This document shows, piece after piece, positions 29,725 through 36,750 of a DNA stretch of 62,996 nucleotides. The stretch is taken from the NCBI GenBank assembly GCA_035308185.1, contig DATGHG010000502.1, forward strand, positions 1 to 62,996, given 5' to 3'. Source of the DNA: Thermoanaerobaculia bacterium (GTDB lineage: Bacteria > Acidobacteriota > Thermoanaerobaculia > Multivoradales > UBA5704). Within the stretch, counting starts at the first letter, position 1, and each line of letters begins with the position of its first letter. A program made the position numbers and the translations under genes. The notes beneath the pieces were generated by a model. It made no database searches and was not told the origin of the DNA. It saw only the letters and a program-made list of their open reading frames with translations.

Positions 29725-32214
29725 ATGGCAGAGGAGACAGCCGCATCGAGCGCCAGGCCCGGCGAGATCATCACCTTCTACTCCTACAAGGGTGGCACGG
29801 GCCGCTCGATGGCTGTGGCCAACGTCGGCTATATTCTGAGCAAGGGTGCTGTCTTGCCTCGTGGCGTGCTGCTCATCGACTGGGATCTGGAAGCGCCGGG
29901 TCTGCATCGCTACTTCGCGGATCGCTTCCAAAAAAAACTTTCATTAGTAACAGGCATCGATCAAAAACCAGGGTTGATCGATTTCTTTGTTGCCGCAGAC
30001 GCTGCGTACAAAAAGGCGGGATCCACCGTAGTACAGGGAGGCGCCGAGTCGACGGGTAACTCCGAACAGCAGCGTTCGATCTTGGATGCTGACCCGTACG
30101 CGGAGGTGCGCGCAGCGGTACTCGCAAGCCTCGTGGATTTCGTGCTTCCCGTTGATGACCAAGGCCTGTTTCTGCTCAAGGCCGGGAAATTCGACGTCAC
30201 CTATCCCGACCGCATCCGGGAGTTCGACTGGGAAGGGTTTCACCGCCGCGACCCACGCTTTTTTGGCGACTTGCGCTTGTCCCTGATGGCGCGCTACGAT
30301 TACGTGCTGATCGACTCGCGCACTGGCCTCACCGACACCGCTGGCATCTGTGCACAGCAGATGCCCGAGAAGTTGGTGCTGGTCTTCGTCCCCAACCACC
30401 AAAGTCTTGACGGAGTATTGGATGTGGCGCGGAGGGCGCGCCGGCATCGGCTTGGCTCGTCAGACCTGCGGCCGTTGGTGAGCTTTCCCCTCGTGTCGCG
30501 GATCGATGGCAAGGCCCAGCGCCTGCGAAACACCTGGCGCAGGGGCGGCACGACTGCGACGGAGGCCGTGACCGGCTATCAGAAGCTCTTCGAGGATCTG
30601 TTTATCGAGATCTACGAGTTGGACGAATGTGATCTCGAGGCGTATTTTGACACCACCCAGATCCCTCACGAGAGTGAATTCGCTTATGGCGAACAAATTG
30701 CGGCGCGTGCTGGGACGACCGACAACCTCTCCCTCGGATACTCCTATGCCAACTTTTCGCGCCGCCTTACGACTCTCGCGGCCCCGTGGGAACCGTTGCC
30801 GGAAGAGCAGGAGCTCGAGGAGGTCAAGCGCTCCGCGCGCGTCGAGACCGCCCTGGCGTTGAGGAAGACCAGGATCGTGCGCTGGATCAGTGTTGCCGCG
30901 ACCGTCGCCGCGCTGATAGCCGCGGCGCTGGTCGTTGGGAGCAGTCGCAAGGCGAATGTCGAGCACCTGCGGGCTGAGAAGGTTCTCTCAGCGGTTGCCG
31001 CTTCGCCTGACCCGCTGGAAAAGGCACTCTTGCTTGGCGAGCTTCAGGATGCGGAGGAGCCACCAGGAGGGCTCGCCGTGGCTAGGGAGGTTGCCTCGAC
31101 GCCGCTGCCGGCAGCCGTTCTTGGCGGAGCCTCGAGAGCGATCTCAGGCATTGCCTTCTCGCCCGCTGGCGACCGCATCGCTGAGCTGGCCGGCGATCAG
31201 ACTGTGCGTTTATTCAAGGCTGATGGCACCGGAGACCCGGCGCTCTCGCAGGTAAAGGGTGATATAGCCACCGTTTTCGCGTTCAGTACCACCGGGCAGC
31301 TCTTGGTCGTGGGCGCCGCCGACGGCACTGTGAGTACGCTGCCGGCCGCCGGGGGAGTTACCACACTGCGTGGGCGCGTAGACGGGCCAATTCTAGCGGT
31401 GTCATTCGATACTGGCGACAACCAGGTGCTGGTGGCGACAGGACAAGGCGTCACGACCATTGACCAGGCGGGTAAGGCGCAGAATCCTTTTCCGCCAACA
31501 GCCTTGACCGGCTGCGATTTTGCTCCTCGAGCCAATCGTATGGTCGCCATTAGCGAGGGCGATAGGGTCGTCACCTGGGATTTGTTGAGTCCCGACCTCG
31601 TCGATGAAGGGATCATGATTCGCAAGGCGGCTGGAACCGGATTGCTCCTCTCGGACGATGGACGGCTGCTGATCACCAGCACTCCTGAAGGCACTGCGCT
31701 TTGGGAGCTAACGCCCAACGGCATCAAGAAGGAGCTCTTCGGCTCGGTGAAGCGAGCAGGCGATGCCTTCGCGCTGAGTCCCGATGGTCGACTTTTCGCC
31801 TACCCCGCTCCCGACGGCTCTGTCGTCGTGCGCACGGTCGACAGCCTTCGGTCGAATGATCCGACGGGTAAAGGATGGCAACTTCGCGGGCAACGGGCGC
31901 CGATTCGGGCCATGGCCCTCAACAATTTGCATCAACTCGTCACTGGCGCTGAAGACGGTTCAACCTGGGTCTGGAATCTCAACGCAACCTACAATGGGAA
32001 TCTTGGATGGTCGGCGACTCTCGACTATTTGCGCCATGCGAGCACGGCCTGCCTGTCGGTCAGCCAGCGCAAGCGGCTGCTTACCGAGTCCGACGTCGAC
32101 GCCGTGGAAACCGCTGCGCGCTGCGAGCAAGGACACGGCCGCACTCCACTCGGCTCTGCCGCCGTCGGTACACGCTTCAACCCCACGAGTGGAGCGCCGC
32201 GCACCGGAAATTGA
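29725..32214 (+). CDS. ParA/MinD-like (SIMIBI) ATPase with a KGGTGR deviant Walker A, one TM helix and a seven-blade WD40-like beta-propeller
   Basis: IITFYSYKGGTGRSMAVANVG, LLIDWDLEAPGL, YDYVLIDSRTGLTD. TM helix WISVAATVAALIAAALVVGS at about 30883-30942. Seven blades, e.g. IAFSPAGDRIAELAGDQTVRLF .. LVTGAEDGSTWVWNL. Starts 5 nt after the TIR gene stop. Confidence 0.85.
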   Translation: MAEETAASSARPGEIITFYSYKGGTGRSMAVANVGYILSKGAVLPRGVLLIDWDLEAPGLHRYFADRFQKKLSLVTGIDQKPGLIDFFVAADAAYKKAGSTVVQGGAESTGNSEQQRSILDADPYAEVRAAVLASLVDFVLPVDDQGLFLLKAGKFDVTYPDRIREFDWEGFHRRDPRFFGDLRLSLMARYDYVLIDSRTGLTDTAGICAQQMPEKLVLVFVPNHQSLDGVLDVARRARRHRLGSSDLRPLVSFPLVSRIDGKAQRLRNTWRRGGTTATEAVTGYQKLFEDLFIEIYELDECDLEAYFDTTQIPHESEFAYGEQIAARAGTTDNLSLGYSYANFSRRLTTLAAPWEPLPEEQELEEVKRSARVETALALRKTRIVRWISVAATVAALIAAALVVGSSRKANVEHLRAEKVLSAVAASPDPLEKALLLGELQDAEEPPGGLAVAREVASTPLPAAVLGGASRAISGIAFSPAGDRIAELAGDQTVRLFKADGTGDPALSQVKGDIATVFAFSTTGQLLVVGAADGTVSTLPAAGGVTTLRGRVDGPILAVSFDTGDNQVLVATGQGVTTIDQAGKAQNPFPPTALTGCDFAPRANRMVAISEGDRVVTWDLLSPDLVDEGIMIRKAAGTGLLLSDDGRLLITSTPEGTALWELTPNGIKKELFGSVKRAGDAFALSPDGRLFAYPAPDGSVVVRTVDSLRSNDPTGKGWQLRGQRAPIRAMALNNLHQLVTGAEDGSTWVWNLNATYNGNLGWSATLDYLRHASTACLSVSQRKRLLTESDVDAVETAARCEQGHGRTPLGSAAVGTRFNPTSGAPRTGN

Positions 32215-32250
32215 TCGCTCGGGGCAATGCGCCGCAAGCCTGCGCCACCT

Positions 32251-32433
32251 CGCAGCATGGCCGGCAGTACCAGGGTCCAGGGCAGGTAGGCGGCGGCGCC
32301 GGCCGGCAGGTAATACCAGAACGTTTGCCGGTGGCTGAGGGCGCGGCCGGCCTCGGTGGCGAGCAGCCGGTCGACGGTATTGCCGATCAGGCACTCGCGC
32401 AACGCCCGGTGGCGATGACGAACGGCGAGGCCT
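32251..32433 (-). pseudogene. arnT-derived fragment (internal segment fused out of order to the arnT 3' tail)
   Basis: 32251-32406 aligns by eye to arnT 34026-34181, with about 16 mismatches in 156 nt (ALRECLIGNTVDRLLATEAGRAL..). It is joined directly and out of frame to a 28-nt exact copy of arnT 33171-33198. Confidence 0.7.
32406..32433. repeat. Left copy of a 28-bp perfect direct repeat (CCGGTGGCGATGACGAACGGCGAGGCCT)
   Basis: The identical 28-mer recurs at 33171-33198. The two copies bracket vapBC. Confidence 0.9.
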
Positions 32434-32468
32434 GAGTGCCCAAGGCGGGGATATGTTAAAATGCTTTT

Positions 32469-32729
32469 ATGAGGACGACTTTGGAGTTGCCTGACGAGTT
32501 GCTCAAGCGCGCAAAGATCGCGGCTGTCGAGCGGGGCATGACGCTGCGTGAGCTGATCGGGTCCGCTCTCGCCCGGGATCTGGCGGCGGGGGCATCGCCG
32601 CCCAGGGGAAAGAGGATTCAGTTGCCGGTTTTCCCGTCGGCGCAACCAGGCAGCCTCGAGCTGACCAACGCCGATCTCGCACGTTCCGAGGCCGACGAGG
32701 ACCGGCGGCGGCATGGGCTACCTGGCTGA
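32469..32729 (+). CDS. vapB: VapB-family type II antitoxin
   Basis: MRTTLELPDELLKRAKIAAVERGMTLRELI is the typical VapB/DUF2191-type N-terminus. Overlaps the PIN gene by 17 nt. Confidence 0.75.
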   Translation: MRTTLELPDELLKRAKIAAVERGMTLRELIGSALARDLAAGASPPRGKRIQLPVFPSAQPGSLELTNADLARSEADEDRRRHGLPG

Positions 32730-33141
32730 CGTCAACGTCCTGATCGCGCTCCTGCACGCCCGCCACGCCCTGTCCGAGCGGGCGCTTGCCTGGCTGGACC
32801 GGCAGGAGCAGCCGGGCAGCATCTGCCTCTGCCGTGTCGCCCAGATGGGTGTCCTGCGTATCCTCACCAACCCGGCCTGGCTGGGTCTGGAGGCCCAATC
32901 TCCGGCCGCGGTTTGGGATGCGTGGGATTTCCTGTTGACCGACGAGCGCTTCATCCGAGCGACGGAGCCGGTCCGCCTCGACTCGGAGTGGCGCCTGGTG
33001 ACCAGGGACTTGCCTGCCGGGCGAAGCGCCGATACCGACTCCTATTTCGCAGCCTTTGCGCGCGCCGGAGGATATCGCCTGGCCACCTTCGACCGCGGCT
33101 TCCGGCTCTTCCGGGGCCTCGACGCGGAAATCATCGAATGA
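32713..33141 (+). CDS. vapC: PIN-domain toxin (VapC family)
   Basis: YLADVNVLIALL (N-terminal Asp), TDSYFAAFARAGGYRLATFDRGF (C-terminal Asp). Its 3' end overlaps the arnT 3' end by 11 nt. Confidence 0.8.
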   Translation: MGYLADVNVLIALLHARHALSERALAWLDRQEQPGSICLCRVAQMGVLRILTNPAWLGLEAQSPAAVWDAWDFLLTDERFIRATEPVRLDSEWRLVTRDLPAGRSADTDSYFAAFARAGGYRLATFDRGFRLFRGLDAEIIE

Positions 33142-35155
33142 GCTGGGCGCCGGCCCGATTGGCGCCATCGCCGGTGGCGATGACGAACGGCGAGGCCTTG
33201 GTGGCGGTCTCGTCATAGAGCAGCCGGAGCCGCGCACGCAGGGGCGCCGGCAGGTGGCGCAAGGCGTCGAGCGACAGGACCAGCCGATCCGCGGGCTGGG
33301 TGGAGAAGAGTGCGGCAACCTCGGCGGGGCTGCTCAGGGAGCGAACCTGGCGGCCGAGGTCGAAACCGATGATGCCCAGGGTGGTCTCGCTGGGGCGGTA
33401 GGCGGCCACCGGGGCGGTGCCGGGATCGAGGCGGGCGACGGCGGCGGTCAGGTCGTGAGGGCTCTTGAGCGGTTCGATGGCGGCTTTGACGGCGATCTGG
33501 TAAGCAAGGGCGATGGTGAGGAAAGGCAGCACCAGCCAGGCTCCTGCCGGGGTGGTGGCGGTGCGCAGATGGCGCGCGCCGCGGCAGAGGAGCAGAGCGG
33601 CGACGGCGACCGCGGCGAGGCCGGCGGCGGCAAGGTGGGTGCCGGTCAGCTCGGCGCGCAGGGGGGCGGCCGGGAAGGAGCGCCAGACGCCGCGCCCCGC
33701 CCCCCAGGCTCCCAGCCATAGGGTGGGTGGCAGGAAGGCCGCCAGGGTCAGCAGCAGCAGGGCGGTCGGCCGGTCCCAGCGCGAGCGCTCGGCGCGGCCC
33801 AGCCCGTCCAGCCAGAGGCCCAGCGGCACCGCCAGGGCGGGCAGCAGCGGCACCAGGTAGAGCGAGCGCTTGCTGGCGGCCAGCGACAGCAGCAGGACCC
33901 CGATCAGGCTGGACGCGAGAAGCAGGCGGCGTCCGCTCTCGGCGCTCTGGCGGTGGGCTGGGGCGCAGGCCCCGGCGACGGTCAGCCCGATGGGCCGAGT
34001 TGCCGGCGATGGGTCCGCACGGCTTCGCAGCATTGCGGGCAATGCCAGGGTCCAGGGCAGAAAGGCGACGGCGCCAGCCGGCAGGTAATACCAGAACGGC
34101 TGGCGATGGCCGAGGGCGCGCCCGGCTTCGGTGGCGAGCAGCCGGTCGACGGTATTGCCGATCAGGCATTCGCGCAACGCCGCCCAGCCGCCCTCGCGCA
34201 GCAGGGCCAGGGCCCACGGCAACACCACGGCCGCGAACAGCGGCACCGCGAGGAGCGCCAGCGGCGCCAGCAGGCGCACGGTTCCAGCAAACCCCCGAGG
34301 CTCGGGTCCTGCAAGCCTTCGACGCATGGTTGCGGCAAATCCTCGCGGCTCGGGGCCGGCAGGCCTTCGACGCATGGTCCCGGCAAGACCTCGGCGCATC
34401 GCTGCCGAGCCCTCGGCTTTGCCGGCCGGGCGCGTCCGCGCGCGGCCGGCGGCGGCTCCCGCCAGCAGCAGGTAGAGCACCGGCGGTCCCAGGGTGAGCC
34501 CGATCCCCACCACCCCCTTGGCGAGGAAGGCGAGCGGCACGGCCAAGGCGATCAGCAGGTAGGCGCCCCAGCGTTCCGCGCCGGCACCGCGGCCGCCGGC
34601 TTGCCTGAGGGTCCCGCCGGCGTCCCGGCCGTCGCTCACCAGCAGGACGAAACCGGCGTAGGCCAGGGTCACCATCAACACCAGCGGCGGATCGACGATC
34701 GCCCGCCCCATGTCCTCGCTGAACTCGACGGTGGCGGCCAGGGCGCCGGCCGCCAACCAGCCGGCCCGCGCGCCGCCGAGCCGCCTGGCGACGGCGAAGG
34801 TGACCAGCAGGGTCAACGTCGCGAACAGCGCCGACGGCACCCGCGCCGCGGCGTCGGAGACGCCGAACAGCCGGAAGGACACGGTCTGCGCCCACCAGGC
34901 GAGCGGCGGCTTTTCGAGGAACGGGCGGCCGTTCAGGCGCGGCACGACGAGGTCGCCGCTGACCCACATCGCCTTGCCGATCGCCGCATCGCGCGGCTCG
35001 TCCGGGGTCCACAGGGAGTGCGAGCCGATGCCGGCGAACGACACCGCCGCCGCGGCCAGGGCGGCCAGCGCCAGCGCCGCCAGCCGTGCCCGCCTCGATT
35101 CCCCGGCCGGCTTCACGTCGCTCCTGCCGACCGGCGCTGCCTGGCCGCGTGACAC
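33131..35155 (-). CDS. arnT: GT39/GT83-type 4-amino-4-deoxy-L-arabinose (ArnT/PMT_2-like) glycosyltransferase
   Basis: HSLWTPDEPRDAAIGKAMW, RLNGRPFLEKPPLAWW, and multiple TM helices. Convergent with arnBCAD. Contains a 48-nt tandem repeat in a loop. Confidence 0.8.
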   Translation of the reverse strand: MSRGQAAPVGRSDVKPAGESRRARLAALALAALAAAAVSFAGIGSHSLWTPDEPRDAAIGKAMWVSGDLVVPRLNGRPFLEKPPLAWWAQTVSFRLFGVSDAAARVPSALFATLTLLVTFAVARRLGGARAGWLAAGALAATVEFSEDMGRAIVDPPLVLMVTLAYAGFVLLVSDGRDAGGTLRQAGGRGAGAERWGAYLLIALAVPLAFLAKGVVGIGLTLGPPVLYLLLAGAAAGRARTRPAGKAEGSAAMRRGLAGTMRRRPAGPEPRGFAATMRRRLAGPEPRGFAGTVRLLAPLALLAVPLFAAVVLPWALALLREGGWAALRECLIGNTVDRLLATEAGRALGHRQPFWYYLPAGAVAFLPWTLALPAMLRSRADPSPATRPIGLTVAGACAPAHRQSAESGRRLLLASSLIGVLLLSLAASKRSLYLVPLLPALAVPLGLWLDGLGRAERSRWDRPTALLLLTLAAFLPPTLWLGAWGAGRGVWRSFPAAPLRAELTGTHLAAAGLAAVAVAALLLCRGARHLRTATTPAGAWLVLPFLTIALAYQIAVKAAIEPLKSPHDLTAAVARLDPGTAPVAAYRPSETTLGIIGFDLGRQVRSLSSPAEVAALFSTQPADRLVLSLDALRHLPAPLRARLRLLYDETATKASPFVIATGDGANRAGAQLIR
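33171..33198. repeat. Right copy of the 28-bp perfect direct repeat (inside the arnT 3' coding end)
   Basis: Identical to 32406-32433. On the minus strand it encodes ..KASPFVIATG.. of ArnT. Confidence 0.9.
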
Positions 35156-35310
35156 GCGCGCACTTTAGCATCGGCAGGCCGGCATGCAGGCGAGCGCACC
35201 AAGGCGTCGGCCGGAAGCGGCGTGCGCTCCGGCCGCCGGGCGACGGACCCTCACCCCTGCCGGATGCTGGATGACAAGGCCATGGCAGCGAGATAAGGTT
35301 CGTCCGCACC

Positions 35311-36750
35311 ATGGCCCATCAGGTTGACAGTAGCGGCGGCGGCATGGGCCCCGCCAGGCGGCTGCTGGCGGCGGTGCCGCCGGCGCTGGCCGCCGTCCTC
35401 TCGCCGCGGGCGCCGGCGGACGCCGCCTCGGACGCAGTGGCAGCGCTGGACGGCCCGGCCGGCGGGGACGGCCGCTGGCGGCGCGCCGCCTACTATGGCT
35501 ACGCGCTCCACCTGTTCGCCATCTTCGCCCTGGCGCTGTCGAACATCCTGCTCGCCCTGACCCTGGCGCTCGCGCCGCGCGCCCTCGCCGAGCGCCGCGC
35601 ACGCTGGCAGGTGCTGCAGCCGGTGCTGCTGCCGATGGGCTTCTACCTGGTCTTCCTCACCGCCTCCATCCTGCTCTCCCACGACGTACGCACCAGCCTC
35701 TTCAGCTTCGGCGAGACCTTTGCCATGGCGACGCTGTATCTCGGACCCGGCCTGGTGCGTGGCGAGCGCGAGCTGCGGCGGGTGATCGACGGCATGATCG
35801 CGGTCGCGGCGGTGCTGGCGCTGCGCAGCATCTCGCAGTACCTGTGGAGCTTCGGCGAGCTCGATCAGCGGATCCGCGGCCCGTTCTCGCACTACATGAC
35901 CTTTTCCGGGGTGTTGCTGATCTGCGACGTCCTGCTGGTGACGCAGCTGGCCTGCGGTCGCGCGGCGTGGCGCAGCCCCTGGCGATGGGTCGCCCTGGCG
36001 TCGATCAACGCCGCCCTGCTCGGCACCATGACCCGCGGCGCCTGGGTGGCGCTGGGCGGCACGCTCTGCTGCCTGCTCGCCTTCTATGCTCATCGCGGCC
36101 GGCACGCCGGGCGCGGCGGCCACGATCAAGCCAGCGCCCCGCGGCACCGCGGGCGGCAGGCGGCGGCGGTGTGCTTCGTCTCGCTGCTGGCCGTCTTCCT
36201 GCTGGTCCCGGCGTCGGTGCTGCACCGCGCCGCGTCCATCCTGGATCTGCGGGACCGGTCCAACTACGACCGCCTGTGCATGCTCGACGCCGGCCTGCGG
36301 ATGATCGCCGAGCGGCCGTTCGTCGGTCTCGGTCCCGACATGGTGGACCACCGTTACGAGATCTACCGCCAGCCGACGGCGCCGCGCTACTGGGTACCGC
36401 ACCTGCACGACAGCTTCCTAGAGATGGCCGCCGAGCGGGGCCTGCCGTCGCTCGCCGCCTACCTGTGGATGATGGTCGCCGGCGTGCGCCTGGCGGTGCG
36501 CCGCTACCGCGCCGAAGGCGGTCTGGCGGGTCCGCGGGCCGAGCTCTACCTGGGGAGCGTCCTGGCGCTGCTCGCTTTCAATCTCGCCGGCCTGTTCGAG
36601 AACAACTGGGGCGACGCCGAGGTCAAGCGCCTGGCGCTTTTCGCGCTGATGATTCCCTTCTGCCTCGAGCTGGCCGATCCGCCGCCCGCGACGGCTGCTG
36701 CCACGGAACCGCCGGCGGCGATCCCGGCGGCTGCCGCGGTGCAGGGTTGA
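35311..36750 (+). CDS. O-antigen ligase (Wzy_C)-family membrane protein
   Basis: TMTRGAWVALGG, ERPFVGLGPDM, PHLHDSFLEMAAERGLP. Polytopic. Start is uncertain. Confidence 0.75.
   Translation: MAHQVDSSGGGMGPARRLLAAVPPALAAVLSPRAPADAASDAVAALDGPAGGDGRWRRAAYYGYALHLFAIFALALSNILLALTLALAPRALAERRARWQVLQPVLLPMGFYLVFLTASILLSHDVRTSLFSFGETFAMATLYLGPGLVRGERELRRVIDGMIAVAAVLALRSISQYLWSFGELDQRIRGPFSHYMTFSGVLLICDVLLVTQLACGRAAWRSPWRWVALASINAALLGTMTRGAWVALGGTLCCLLAFYAHRGRHAGRGGHDQASAPRHRGRQAAAVCFVSLLAVFLLVPASVLHRAASILDLRDRSNYDRLCMLDAGLRMIAERPFVGLGPDMVDHRYEIYRQPTAPRYWVPHLHDSFLEMAAERGLPSLAAYLWMMVAGVRLAVRRYRAEGGLAGPRAELYLGSVLALLAFNLAGLFENNWGDAEVKRLALFALMIPFCLELADPPPATAAATEPPAAIPAAAAVQG

Noticed and set aside
29357-30966. 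Minus-strand ORFs inside the TIR/ATPase genes (29357..29722, 29944..30447, 30460..30966).
   Set aside because: They lie antisense to genes with clear domain signatures and show no motifs of their own, so they are most likely chance ORFs.
28988-33170. Calling the AT-richer insertion a prophage remnant, IS or integrative element.
   Set aside because: No integrase, transposase, recombinase, phage structural gene, tRNA target or terminal inverted repeats were seen. Only the arnT-derived 28-bp direct repeats around vapBC were found, so I report it as an observation and not as a mobile_element feature.
33213-35312. Alternative-frame ORFs across arnT (33213..35312 minus strand, 33953..35152 plus strand, 33727..34497 plus strand).
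   Set aside because: These are shadow ORFs. Only 33131..35155 (minus strand) gives TM helices and ArnT/PMT_2 motifs.
35844-36746. The upstream part of ORF 35844..38282.
   Set aside because: It overlaps the O-antigen-ligase-like gene out of frame with an Arg/Pro-rich translation. The membrane protein most plausibly starts at TTG 36747 (or ATG 36834).
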